64,000 bases of DNA from Actinomycetota bacterium (GCA_003132665.1 PKYN01000018.1:41022-105021), one strand, 5' to 3'. Positions 22,246 to 31,302 are shown, counted from the stretch's first letter. Made by a program: numbers and translations. Notes: generated by a model not told the origin, from the sequence alone.

Positions 22246-23246
22246 GAGAGCCTGATCCGTGGGTTGATGATCGCGTAGGAGATGTCCACGACCAGGTTGA
22301 CGAGCACGAACACGATCGCCACGAACAGGATTCCGCCCTGCAGCACGGGGTAGTCGCGGCTGGCAATCGCAGAGGTGAGCCAGCTACCGACACCCGGCCA
22401 GGCAAACACCTTCTCGGTCAGCACGGCGCCCGAGAGCAGCAGGCCGGTCTGCAGCCCGATGATTGTCGAGATCGGCAGCAGGGCGTTTCGCAGCACGTGG
22501 CGCCGGTCGACCTCGTTCGGTGGCAGGCCCTTGGCGCGAGCGGTGCGCACGTAGTCCTCGTGCTGAACGTCGAGCACCGAGGCGCGGGTGATGCGCGTGA
22601 CGATCGCCAGTGGAATCGAGCCCAGCGCGATCGAGGGCAGTATCAGGTGGCGGATCGCGTCCCAGAGCCCGCCCGGGTCGAGCCCGATGATCGCGTCGAG
22701 AACGTAGAAGTTCGTCGGGTGGGCGCGCGTCGCCAGAATGTCCTCGCGGCCGATCGAAGGCAGCCAGTGCAGGCGCACGGCGAAGATGTATTTCAGGATC
22801 AGCCCGAGGAAGAAGATCGGAATCGAGATCCCGATCAACGAGCCGACCAGGCTGGACTGATCGAAAAACGAGCCGTACTTCTTGGCGGCGAAGAAGCCGA
22901 GCGGAATCCCGACGCCGATCGCGAAGATCATCGCGCCGAGAGCGAGCTCGACCGTGGCCGGGAAGCGGTGCTGGAGCTCATAGGTGACCGGGCGGTAGGT
23001 CGTGATGCTCGTGCCGAGGTTGCCGCTCGAGACGGTCTTCAGATAGTCCCAGTACTGGATCGGCAGCGGCTTGTCGAGGCCGTACTGGTGCCGGACCTGC
23101 AGGATCAGTTGCGGCGTCGCGCGCTCGCCCAGCAGCGTCTGCGCGGGCGACCCGGGCAGCGCCCTGATCCAGCCGAAGACGAGAATCGAGAGCCCGAGCA
23201 GAATCGGAACTAAAAGCAGCAGCCGGCGGACGATGAAGCGAAGCAT
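22242..23246 (-). CDS. Oligopeptide/dipeptide ABC transporter permease (OppB/DppB-like)
   Basis: MLRFIVRRLLLLVPILLGLSILVF is a typical N-terminus. EDYVRTARAKGL motif present. Confidence 0.9.
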   Translation of the reverse strand: MLRFIVRRLLLLVPILLGLSILVFGWIRALPGSPAQTLLGERATPQLILQVRHQYGLDKPLPIQYWDYLKTVSSGNLGTSITTYRPVTYELQHRFPATVELALGAMIFAIGVGIPLGFFAAKKYGSFFDQSSLVGSLIGISIPIFFLGLILKYIFAVRLHWLPSIGREDILATRAHPTNFYVLDAIIGLDPGGLWDAIRHLILPSIALGSIPLAIVTRITRASVLDVQHEDYVRTARAKGLPPNEVDRRHVLRNALLPISTIIGLQTGLLLSGAVLTEKVFAWPGVGSWLTSAIASRDYPVLQGGILFVAIVFVLVNLVVDISYAIINPRIRLS

Positions 23247-23274
23247 TTCTCGTCCGCCGGCCGGCTGTCATTCC

Positions 23275-24939
23275 TTACTTGGCGTAGTGCAGAGCAGCCC
23301 AGGGCTCGTTGACCGGTCCGATCGGGCCGGGCACGTAGCCGAGGACGTTCTTGTTCAGTGCCAGCGCGGAGCTACCCCACGCGTACGGCACCATCGGCAG
23401 GAACTTCATCACTTCGATGCTGGCCTGCTGGTAGTCCGCGGTGCGCAGAGCCGGGTCGGGCTCGGCGTCCGCCTTGGCGAGCATCGCGAACAGCTTCGGA
23501 TTGTCGAAGCCGAACAGTGGTGTCTTCGATCCAAAGTGCACGTTCAGGAAGTCCTGCGGGTCGTAGTAGTCGGCGATCCAACCGAGCATGTAGACCTGAT
23601 ACTTGCCCGATTGCGTCCCGCCGAGGTAGTCCGGGCGCCACGGTGCCGAATGCGGCACGACCTTGAAGCCCGAATTGTTCAGCGTCGACTGGAAGGCCTG
23701 GAAGATCCGTTGCGGATCTGGCATGTACGAGCGCGAGACGTCCGTTGGATACCAGAAGTCGATCGTCACCGGCAAGGTCAGGCCGGCCTGCTTCAGCAGC
23801 GCCTTCGACTGCGCGGGATCGTACGCGTAGTCCGGGACGCCGCTCTTGGCGTAGCCGAACAGCGAGGGCGGCAGGAACTGGTTCGCCACCTCGCCCGTCT
23901 GGCCGTAGATCGCCTTGATGACTGCCGCCTTGTCGATCGCGTGGGCCATGGCCTGGCGAACGAGCAGTTTGTCCATCGGCGGCTTGGCCTGGTTCAGGCC
24001 GATGTAGCCGATCGAAGAGACCGGCCGCTTGAGCAGCTGCAGCTTCGAGTCCTTCGTGACGGTCGAGTAGTCCTGGGGCGCTACGTAGTCGATGCCCTGT
24101 ACCTCGCCGCTTTGCAGCGCCTGCAAGCGGGCGGCGTTGTCCGCGATCGCGCGGTAGACGACCTTGGATATCGCTGGCTTAGGCCCCGAGTAGTTCGGGT
24201 TGGCAACGAGCACCAGCTTCACGGCCGGCTCCCACGACTGGAGCATGTACGGGCCCGTTCCCACCGGGTTCCGCGTCGCGAATGTGCCGGTCGGATGGAA
24301 GACGCCGGTCGAGTCGACCGTGCCCGCGTCGGCTTTGTACTTCTTCAGCGCCGTCGGGCTTGCGATACCGAAGTTCGGCAGTCCGATGGCCGAGATGAAA
24401 GATGACGAGCGCCGGGTCAGATTGAGCGTGACCTCGCTGTCGCCGTTTGCCGTGCAGCTCTTGTAGAGGCTCTTGTCCGGCCCTGCACCACCGCTCGCCG
24501 GATGCGCGAAGCCCACGAACACGGTGTTCCAGTAGTAGCTGACGGCCGGGTTTTGGAGCGCCGCCGGGAAGTTGAACCAACGGTCGTAGTTGAAGCAAAC
24601 GGCCGCGGCGTTGAACGGTGTGCCGTCCGAGAACTTCACCCCCGTCTTCAGCGTGAACGTCCACGACAGAGCATTGGCGCTTGGCTTCCAGCTCGTCGCC
24701 AGCTGGGGTACGACCTCCGAGCCGCCCGGCTTGAAGCCGACGAGGCTCTGGAAGATCTGGTTGGTGATCCGAAGCGACTCACCGTCCGATACGAGCGCCG
24801 GGTCGAGCAGCACCGGGTCGGCCGAGCTGGCAAACACGAACGAGGTGCTTTTCGAGCTTTTCTTGCTCGAGCCACAGCCCACCAACGCTACGGCGACCGC
24901 GATCGCGAGCAAGGCAAAGAGCACAACCTTTTTCCTCAC
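23275..24939 (-). CDS. ABC transporter substrate-binding lipoprotein, family 5 (peptide/nickel)
   Basis: GTG start at 24939 preceded by aaggaggg. Lipobox LVGCGS. Family-5 SBP length and motifs. Confidence 0.9.
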   Translation of the reverse strand: MRKKVVLFALLAIAVAVALVGCGSSKKSSKSTSFVFASSADPVLLDPALVSDGESLRITNQIFQSLVGFKPGGSEVVPQLATSWKPSANALSWTFTLKTGVKFSDGTPFNAAAVCFNYDRWFNFPAALQNPAVSYYWNTVFVGFAHPASGGAGPDKSLYKSCTANGDSEVTLNLTRRSSSFISAIGLPNFGIASPTALKKYKADAGTVDSTGVFHPTGTFATRNPVGTGPYMLQSWEPAVKLVLVANPNYSGPKPAISKVVYRAIADNAARLQALQSGEVQGIDYVAPQDYSTVTKDSKLQLLKRPVSSIGYIGLNQAKPPMDKLLVRQAMAHAIDKAAVIKAIYGQTGEVANQFLPPSLFGYAKSGVPDYAYDPAQSKALLKQAGLTLPVTIDFWYPTDVSRSYMPDPQRIFQAFQSTLNNSGFKVVPHSAPWRPDYLGGTQSGKYQVYMLGWIADYYDPQDFLNVHFGSKTPLFGFDNPKLFAMLAKADAEPDPALRTADYQQASIEVMKFLPMVPYAWGSSALALNKNVLGYVPGPIGPVNEPWAALHYAK

Positions 24940-25039
24940 GTTCCCTCCTTTCGCTTCGGATGAGTATCTCAGACCAGGGCCGAGAATCGTTAGTGCAAAA
25001 AAAAGATCTTCGCCCCTGAACAAGGCCCTGCAGCGCCTC

Positions 25040-25130
25040 GCTGCAGCAGTAATACTCAGGGAGCTCGACTCGTCATCCGCGACTCCGTCGCTTTGGAAGG
25101 CGACTCGGTTGAACGGAAAAGGAGATAGGG
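25040..25130 (+). promoter_or_regulatory. Conserved 5' leader, copy A (duplicated with the downstream gene)
   Basis: gctgcagc..aatactcagggagctcgactcgtcatccgcgactcc.tcgct..ggaaggcgac... recurs almost unchanged at 25639-25732. Confidence 0.45.
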
Positions 25131-25574
25131 ATGACAGGAAAGGCCGACTTCACGGAAGAGGAGTGGGAGCTCATTTCGGAGGGGCCGCCGAGCGCCGGCT
25201 TGATCGTGGTCACGGCGCAACGAGGAGGAGTTTTCCGCGAGACGCTCGCGATCCCGGCCGCATACGTCGAGGCGCGTCAGCTATACGGCGGGAGCGAGTT
25301 GCTCGACGAGATCGTCACAGCGAGGCCCGAGCGCGAGCATACGCACTTCCGCTCGTTTGAGGAGCTGAAGGAGCACGGCTTACAGCGTCTGCGCGACGCG
25401 ATCGCCCTGCTCGAGCAAAAGGCGACGGAAGAGGAGGTCGGCGGCTACAAGAACTTCGTCCTCGCGGTCGCCGACAAGGTTGCGAACGCGCACCGCGAAG
25501 GGGACACCACCGTCAGCGATGCCGAGCAGGCCGCGATCGGCGAGATCGCCACGGCCCTCGGCGACGCGGACTAG
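25131..25574 (+). CDS. Hypothetical 147-aa protein, tandem paralog A (possibly TerB-like fold)
   Basis: RBS ggag precedes the ATG. It is co-linear over its full length with the next gene. The C-terminal SDAEQAAIGEIATALG is reminiscent of TerB-like proteins, a weak similarity. Confidence 0.7.
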   Translation: MTGKADFTEEEWELISEGPPSAGLIVVTAQRGGVFRETLAIPAAYVEARQLYGGSELLDEIVTARPEREHTHFRSFEELKEHGLQRLRDAIALLEQKATEEEVGGYKNFVLAVADKVANAHREGDTTVSDAEQAAIGEIATALGDAD

Positions 25575-25638
25575 TCGATCCGAAGCACGCCGAAGCGTCG
25601 AGTGGTGTAGCGACAAATGGACGCGCCATCACGCGCCC

Positions 25639-25732
25639 GCTGCAGCGATAATACTCAGGGAGCTCGAACTCGTCATCCGCGACTCCATCGCTACGGAAGG
25701 CGACCGGTGGTCGAACGGGAAAGGGGAAATGG
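25639..25732 (+). promoter_or_regulatory. Conserved 5' leader, copy B
   Basis: See copy A. Only a few substitutions and small indels separate the two copies. Confidence 0.45.
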
Positions 25733-26176
25733 ATGACAGGAAAGACCGATTTCACACTGGAGGAGTGGGAGCTCGTTTTGGTTGGGCCGCCGAGCGCCGG
25801 CCTGATCGTGGTCACGGCGCAACGCGGCGGAGTTTTCAGCGAGACGTTCGCCATCGGCAAGGCCTATACCGAGGCTCGCCGGCTATACGGCCAGAGCCAG
25901 CTGCTCGACGAGATCGTCGGCGCCAGGTACGACCGCCGCCACACGCGCTATAGCTCGGCCGCGAAAATGAAGCGCGGCGGCCTGCAGCACCTGCGCGAAG
26001 CGGTCGCCCTGCTCGAGCAGAAGGCGACTCCCGAGGAGCTCGCCGCCTACAAGCGCTTCGTGCTCACGGTCGCTGACAGGGTCGCGACCGCGCACCGCGA
26101 GGGCGACACCGAAGTCAGCGATGCGGAGAAGGCCGCGATCGACGAGATCGCCGCGGCCCTCGGTGTCGAGGGCTAG
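25733..26176 (+). CDS. Hypothetical 147-aa protein, tandem paralog B
   Basis: Same length and co-linear with 25131-25574 (MTGK.DFT.EEWEL...GPPSAGLIVVTAQRGGVF...AHREGDT.VSDAE.AAI.EIA.ALG). Confidence 0.7.
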   Translation: MTGKTDFTLEEWELVLVGPPSAGLIVVTAQRGGVFSETFAIGKAYTEARRLYGQSQLLDEIVGARYDRRHTRYSSAAKMKRGGLQHLREAVALLEQKATPEELAAYKRFVLTVADRVATAHREGDTEVSDAEKAAIDEIAAALGVEG

Positions 26177-27186
26177 GTCCGCTCCATCTCGGCCGTATAA
26201 GCACCGGAGCGCGCCGCTCCGTTCATCCTTGCGCGATGGTAGTAGGCGCGCTGGGCCGCTTCGACATTCTCGGGCTTGCCGCGCCACGCGCTCAGCACCG
26301 GAGCCTGCAAAGCGCGCCCGAACGAGAAGGAAAGCTGCCAGGGATGCGGCCTTCGCACGTTCATTGCATTGAGATTGGTCGTGGCGTCTTCGTCGGATTG
26401 ACCGCCCGACAGGAAAACCATTCCCGGTACCGCGGCCGGCACGTGCTTGTAAAGGCAGGCGAGCGTGCGTTCGGCGACCTCGCCCGGGCCGGCGCGATCG
26501 GCGGCGTCGTATCCCGAAAGCACCATGTTCGGCTTGAGCAGGGTTCCCTCGACGTCGACTCGCTGGTCGGAAAGCTCGACGTACACCGCGGCCAGCACAC
26601 GTGAGCTGACGTGGAAGCTGCGCTCGATCGTATGCGTTCCTTCCTGCAACACTTCGGGCTCGACGATCGGGACAATTCCCGCTTCCTGGCAGAGCGCGGC
26701 GTAGCGCGCAAGGGCATGCGCGTTCGTCCAGATGCAGTCGTCGCTTGGCAGGACGTCGCTGATCGAGTAGGTCGCGCGCCATTTCGCGAAGCGCGCCCCG
26801 AGGCTGCGATATTCCTCGAGCCGCTCGCGCAGACCGTCCAGCCCCTCGGTGATCGTCTCGCCCTGGGCGAGCGCCAGCGGCTTCGTCCCCTTGTCCACCT
26901 TGATGCCGGGAATGATCCCCTTCGACTCGAGCAACTCGGGGAAGGGCGTTCCGTCGAGCGCGCTCTGGCGAATCGTCTCGTCGAAAAGGATCACGCCGCT
27001 GATGAACTCTTCCGCCCCGGGCGTCGTAAAGAGCAGCTCTCGGTAGTTTCGGCGGTTCTCCTCGGTCGACTCCACTCCGATTGAGTCGAACCGCTTCTTT
27101 ATCGTCCCGTCACTCTCATCGGCGGCGAGGATGCCCTTTCCCTCGGCAACGAGAGCTCGTGCGGTCTCGTGCAGATCGTGCGCCAT
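26173..27186 (-). CDS. Class I fructose-bisphosphate aldolase
   Basis: 337 aa. GKGILAADESDGTIKKRFDSIGVESTEENRRNYRELLFTTPG and IPGIKVDKG are class I FBA hallmarks. Confidence 0.9.
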   Translation of the reverse strand: MAHDLHETARALVAEGKGILAADESDGTIKKRFDSIGVESTEENRRNYRELLFTTPGAEEFISGVILFDETIRQSALDGTPFPELLESKGIIPGIKVDKGTKPLALAQGETITEGLDGLRERLEEYRSLGARFAKWRATYSISDVLPSDDCIWTNAHALARYAALCQEAGIVPIVEPEVLQEGTHTIERSFHVSSRVLAAVYVELSDQRVDVEGTLLKPNMVLSGYDAADRAGPGEVAERTLACLYKHVPAAVPGMVFLSGGQSDEDATTNLNAMNVRRPHPWQLSFSFGRALQAPVLSAWRGKPENVEAAQRAYYHRARMNGAARSGAYTAEMERT

Positions 27187-27266
27187 GCGCTTCTCCTCCC
27201 TCCGTAGCGTCGACTTACCAACGTCGAGCTGACGGACAAAGTATCCCTCTCTCCGCCGACTAAGAG

Positions 27267-27512
27267 TTATTCGGGCCAGCAGTCGCAGAGCGCCAGCGCC
27301 TCGCCGCAGCGCGGGCAGGTCTCCTGGTCGCAGCCGACGTGGTGCAGGCCGCCCGGATCCACTCCGCAGTCGGCGCAGTGCTCGTCGGTCGGCTCGCCTT
27401 CCAGGGCGCCCCAGCGAATACGCTCGTAGCGCCCGTCCACCAGCTCGCAGAAGCGCTCGGTGCAGCTGGAGGCGGTCAGCATCTCCTGACCGCAGACGGC
27501 GCAGACAGCCAT
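27267..27512 (-). CDS. Small Cys-rich (zinc-ribbon-like) hypothetical protein
   Basis: 81 aa with 12 Cys, arranged CAVC, C-x4-C, CADC, C-x5-CPRC, CDC. Confidence 0.55.
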   Translation of the reverse strand: MAVCAVCGQEMLTASSCTERFCELVDGRYERIRWGALEGEPTDEHCADCGVDPGGLHHVGCDQETCPRCGEALALCDCWPE

Positions 27513-27563
27513 ACCGGGATCGTAGTTCCTGGAATGGCCGCCGCGTCCGTCTCGGTTTCTCGC

Positions 27564-27932
27564 TCAGACACTCTTCGCGTAGTTGCTCGCGCCGAACCAG
27601 TCAACCAGGACGACCGGCTCGTCGCCGATGACCCAGGCGTCGTGACCGCTCGGTAGCGAGGTGATGTCTCCCGCTTCGGCGACCATCTCCGTTCCGTCGT
27701 CCATCCTGATCCCCAGGCGCCCGCTGACGTGGTACTGGAAGTGCTGTGCCTCGCAGCTTTCGGTGCCGGCGATCGGTTTCACGTCGTTCGACCAGCGCCA
27801 GCCCGGCTCGAGGGTGAGCCGTCCCACGTCGCTTCCGCCGAAGTTGAGAATCTCGACTCGGCCGTTCGGGAACTCGCGTACCTCCTCTGACGTCTTGAAG
27901 CTCTTGTGCTCGGTTTGCTGTGCCACAGCCAT
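27564..27932 (-). CDS. Cupin-domain protein
   Basis: ATG at 27932 preceded by ggagg. The sequence GRLTLEPGWRWS...HFQYHVSGRLGIRMDDGTEMVAEAGDITSLPSGHDAWV has a cupin-like beta-barrel pattern. Confidence 0.7.
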   Translation of the reverse strand: MAVAQQTEHKSFKTSEEVREFPNGRVEILNFGGSDVGRLTLEPGWRWSNDVKPIAGTESCEAQHFQYHVSGRLGIRMDDGTEMVAEAGDITSLPSGHDAWVIGDEPVVLVDWFGASNYAKSV

Positions 27933-28110
27933 GGCCTTCTCGCCTCCATCTCTCGAAACAAGATTGGTGACAATAGGTTCTTGACCGAGCAGTGAAAAGA
28001 AAACGCCTCGGCGCGCCGGACGGCCTCCAATGGCCGCGCAGAGATCGCTGTCCCTGAAGAGCGATCGCCGCGCCCATTCCCCAGAACAGGCGCGGCGATC
28101 TTCCAAACGG

Positions 28111-29448
28111 CTAGACGACGCTCGGGGTGCGCTCCTCGGCTTTCGTGAGCTCCGGCTCGAGCGGGCGGAACAAGATCGCGCCCTCGCCGTGCGTGTAGGC
28201 CTCTTCGCCGTGCTGGCTGACGTCCAGACCCTGGCCCTCGTCCGCCTCGTGTACGCGGATCCGGCCGACCAGGCTCATCAACTTCAGCAACACGAACGTT
28301 CCGGCGAACGCGTACACCGGCGCCGCTCCCGCCGCGAGCGCCTGGCGCCCGAGCTGAATCGGGTTTCCGAACAAAAGCCCGTTACCGGTCAGGTTCCAGC
28401 TCGCCTGGGCGAACAGGCCGATGAACAGGATCCCCGTGAAGCCGGCCAGCCCGTGCGCCGCGAGCACGTCCAGAGTCTCGTCGAGCCGCGTGCGCGGACG
28501 CCAGACGATCAGCGCGTAGGCCGGCAGGGCCGCCAGAGCGCCGAGCAGGATGGCGCTCATCGGGCTGACGAAGCCGGCCGCCGGAGTGATTCCCACGGCG
28601 CCGACGACGATTGCCGTCGCCGCCCCGATCGCGGTCGCCTTGCGGCCGCGCAGGTAGTCGATCAGCATCCAGACCGAAAGCGTCGCCGCCGGAGCAAGCA
28701 GCGTGTTGATGAAGGCGAGCGGCGCCTGGCCACCGGTGGTGAACGCACTGCCGGCGTTGAAGCCGAACCAGCCGAACCAGAGCAGGCTCGCGCCCAAGAG
28801 CGCGTAGACACCGTTGTGCGGCAGAACCGCCTGCCGCCCGAAGTCCTTGCGCGCACCCACCACGACCGCCGCCGCCAGCGCCGAGAAGCCCGAGGCCATC
28901 TCCACCGGCACGCCGCCGGCGAAGTCCATCACGTGCCGGTTGGCCAGCCAGCCGTCGCTCGACCAGACCCAGTGCGCCATCGGCGCGTACACGAGGCAGG
29001 CCCAGAGCGGCACGAAGGCCAAAAACGCGCCGAAGCGCATCCGCTCGACCACGGCGCCGGAGATCAAAGCGGCGGTGATGATGCAAAACGAAGCCTGGAA
29101 GGAGACGAAGACGAGCTCGGGGATGTGCAGGCCGGCCCGCGGTCCGTTCGTCACGTTCCTGAGGAAGACGTTGTGCAGATCGCCGATGAAACCGTTGCCC
29201 TTGTCGAAGGCCAACGAGTAGCCGATGACGACCCAGGTGATGCTGGCGACGGCCATCGCCCCCAGGCTCATCATGAAGGTGTTGAGCGCGTTTTTCGCCC
29301 GCACCAGGCCGGCGTAGAAGAGCCCGAGCGCGGGCGTCATCATCAGGACCATCGCCGTCGCGACCAGCATCCAGGCGGTGGCGCCGCTGTCGATGCCGTC
29401 CTTTGTGACCGCGGCAAGCAGCCCGGAGAAAGAGATGAGATCTTGCAT
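28111..29448 (-). CDS. amt: Ammonium transporter (Amt family)
   Basis: 445 aa and about 11 TM. DFAGGVPVEMASGFSALAAAVVVGAR and GITPAAGFV are Amt signatures. Confidence 0.95.
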   Translation of the reverse strand: MQDLISFSGLLAAVTKDGIDSGATAWMLVATAMVLMMTPALGLFYAGLVRAKNALNTFMMSLGAMAVASITWVVIGYSLAFDKGNGFIGDLHNVFLRNVTNGPRAGLHIPELVFVSFQASFCIITAALISGAVVERMRFGAFLAFVPLWACLVYAPMAHWVWSSDGWLANRHVMDFAGGVPVEMASGFSALAAAVVVGARKDFGRQAVLPHNGVYALLGASLLWFGWFGFNAGSAFTTGGQAPLAFINTLLAPAATLSVWMLIDYLRGRKATAIGAATAIVVGAVGITPAAGFVSPMSAILLGALAALPAYALIVWRPRTRLDETLDVLAAHGLAGFTGILFIGLFAQASWNLTGNGLLFGNPIQLGRQALAAGAAPVYAFAGTFVLLKLMSLVGRIRVHEADEGQGLDVSQHGEEAYTHGEGAILFRPLEPELTKAEERTPSVV

Positions 29449-29454
29449 GTCTCG

Positions 29455-29811
29455 TTACCGCTCGAGCACGGGTGTGACCGCGGCGGTGTCCTCCTCTCCA
29501 GTGCGAATGCGAACGACCTTCTCGACCGGCACGACGAAGATCTTTCCGTCGCCGACCTCGCCCGTTTGCGCAGCCTTCGCGATCGCGTCCACGGTCGGCT
29601 GCACGAAGTTGTCGGACACGCCAACCTCGAAGCGAATCTTGTCGGCCAACTCCACTTTCACCGTCGTTCCGCGGTAGGTCTCGACGGAGTCCGTCTCCCC
29701 ACCGTGGCCGCGAATCCGGCTCATCGAGAGGCCACGCACCTTGGCGCGATAGAGCGCCTCGAGCACATCATTCGCCTTCTCGGGGCGAACGATCCCGATA
29801 ACTAGCTTCAT
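29455..29811 (-). CDS. glnK: P-II nitrogen regulatory protein
   Basis: 118 aa. MKLVIGIVRPEKANDVLEAL...GEVGDGKIFVVPVEKVVRIRTGE is the P-II fold signature. It lies directly upstream of amt. Confidence 0.9.
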   Translation of the reverse strand: MKLVIGIVRPEKANDVLEALYRAKVRGLSMSRIRGHGGETDSVETYRGTTVKVELADKIRFEVGVSDNFVQPTVDAIAKAAQTGEVGDGKIFVVPVEKVVRIRTGEEDTAAVTPVLER

Positions 29812-30045
29812 TTTCTCTACTCCTCTGAGTACGGCACGAACCTGAGCGAAATACCCCCAGACGAGCGGAGTGAACAACTCCGATGAGCGAGCCCCTTGCG
29901 ACCGGGCTCGAGCAACCCTCGAACCGGCTCCCCGAAGGGGCGCGTCACGATACCAAGCGCGCCCACCGCGCGTGCCGGTTCCCGTCCCATGCGGGCGGTG
30001 CATGACAGGCCAACTACGCCGGCCAAGGACCGAGCTGGTCGCGCC

Positions 30046-30471
30046 CTAGCGGCAGATCGCCGTTTGCGACGTCTCGATCGGCGCGGACGGCCCTTGTTGA
30101 GCCGCGTACCAGGCGCCGTCTCGTATCTGGATGCAGTAGCCGCTCGAGCTCGCGGCGGTGATCTGGAGCGTTCCCCTCGTCGTGTTGTCGAAGCGAGCGC
30201 CGTAATCCCGTTCCAGGGCGGAGGCGGTCATCCCCGTGAAGCCCGCGTTGTCGAGGCCGTAGGCGGCGACGACGGGATCGAGAATCCTGATTTCGGCGGC
30301 GGCGGCGTCTTGACGCGCGCTCTGCATCGCGGCGCGCGCATGCCCGACCGCGATTCCGGCGATGATCAGCGCGAATACCAGGATGCCCGCCATCTCGGCG
30401 GCCGCGAGTGGAGAACTGGGAGTCACTCGCCAGGTGCGAGGCGCCGCTATCGATTGAGGAGCCGCAGTCAC
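30046..30471 (-). CDS. Hypothetical membrane-anchored protein (pilin-like topology, no prepilin motif seen)
   Basis: A single N-terminal hydrophobic helix (MAGILVFALIIAGIAVG) followed by a soluble domain with 2 Cys. The start is uncertain. Confidence 0.4.
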   Translation of the reverse strand: MTAAPQSIAAPRTWRVTPSSPLAAAEMAGILVFALIIAGIAVGHARAAMQSARQDAAAAEIRILDPVVAAYGLDNAGFTGMTASALERDYGARFDNTTRGTLQITAASSSGYCIQIRDGAWYAAQQGPSAPIETSQTAICR

Positions 30472-30556
30472 GCCGCTGTGATCGGCTGCGAGGCCGAGCG
30501 AGTGATACGCGGAAACGGGCTAGTTGTCTCCCCCAGCGGGGTGAGCGGCCCGGAGC

Positions 30557-31042
30557 TCAGTGCACGTGCTTGCGCTCGCCGGTCGCCAGGAAGTGATTGA
30601 TCGCTTCCTCCCAGTCGCGCAGATCGTGCTCGAAGATCAGCTCGAGCGCCTCCTTGTTCAGCGAGTTGCCGCGATCGGTGAGACCGAGGAAGGTGTACGC
30701 GATCTCGGCCCGCGTCTTCTCGCCGTCAGCAGTCGCCTCGCAGACGACCTCGATCCAGTGCACCCGCTCGTGCGCGAAAACCGTGTACTCGATGAAGCTG
30801 TCTCCGAGCGAGTAGGTCGAGACGATCCAGACGTCGTCGGGCTCCTCCTGGCCGAAGTGTGACTGTGTGGTGAAGACCATCCGCTCCTGGACGATCTCGC
30901 TCGTCGGATCGATCAACTCCGGGTCCCAACCCTCCGCCCAGTCCTTCTCTCTGACCGGGCCGAACAGCGCGAACGCCTCGTTGAGCGGGGCGTTGACCGT
31001 GATCGTCGCGCTGCGGCTGATGCGTTTCGGCTGAAAGCTCAT
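30557..31042 (-). CDS. SRPBCC-superfamily (START/polyketide-cyclase-like) protein
   Basis: ATG at 31042. ISRSATITVNAPLNEAFALFGPVREKDWAEGW is a typical SRPBCC N-terminus. Confidence 0.6.
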   Translation of the reverse strand: MSFQPKRISRSATITVNAPLNEAFALFGPVREKDWAEGWDPELIDPTSEIVQERMVFTTQSHFGQEEPDDVWIVSTYSLGDSFIEYTVFAHERVHWIEVVCEATADGEKTRAEIAYTFLGLTDRGNSLNKEALELIFEHDLRDWEEAINHFLATGERKHVH

Positions 31043-31170
31043 CCCCCGGACCTCCTGCGAAGCTGTCTCGCGGAGGATATGCCCTCTAGCGCCGATCCCT
31101 AGCGGCCCGACGAGCCGGATCGCCGTGGACTCACCGTGGAAGAACCGGCATTCAATCGGCACACTCGCTC

Positions 31171-31209
31171 CTTGACAGCGAACGCCTCTTCTGAGCGGTG
31201 TCTGACACC
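31171..31209. repeat. 39-nt intergenic direct repeat, copy 1, containing a ggtgtc-t-gacacc palindrome
   Basis: ttgacagcgaacgcctcttctgagcggtgtctgacacca is identical at 31264-31302. Confidence 0.8.
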
Positions 31210-31263
31210 AGGGGACGGCGAGGCTTCCGCGAGCGAATTGTCACGCATTCGGCACTAAACCCA

Positions 31264-31302
31264 TTTGACAGCGAACGCCTCTTCTGAGCGGTGTCTGACA
31301 CC
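31264..31302. repeat. 39-nt intergenic direct repeat, copy 2
   Basis: Identical 39-mer located 93 nt from copy 1. The following G-rich nucleotides are also similar. Confidence 0.8.

Noticed and set aside
28030-29805. 591-aa ORF on the plus strand
   Set aside because: It is antisense to the ammonium transporter and P-II genes, which have unmistakable signatures. Its translation is Arg/Asp/Glu-rich with no motifs.
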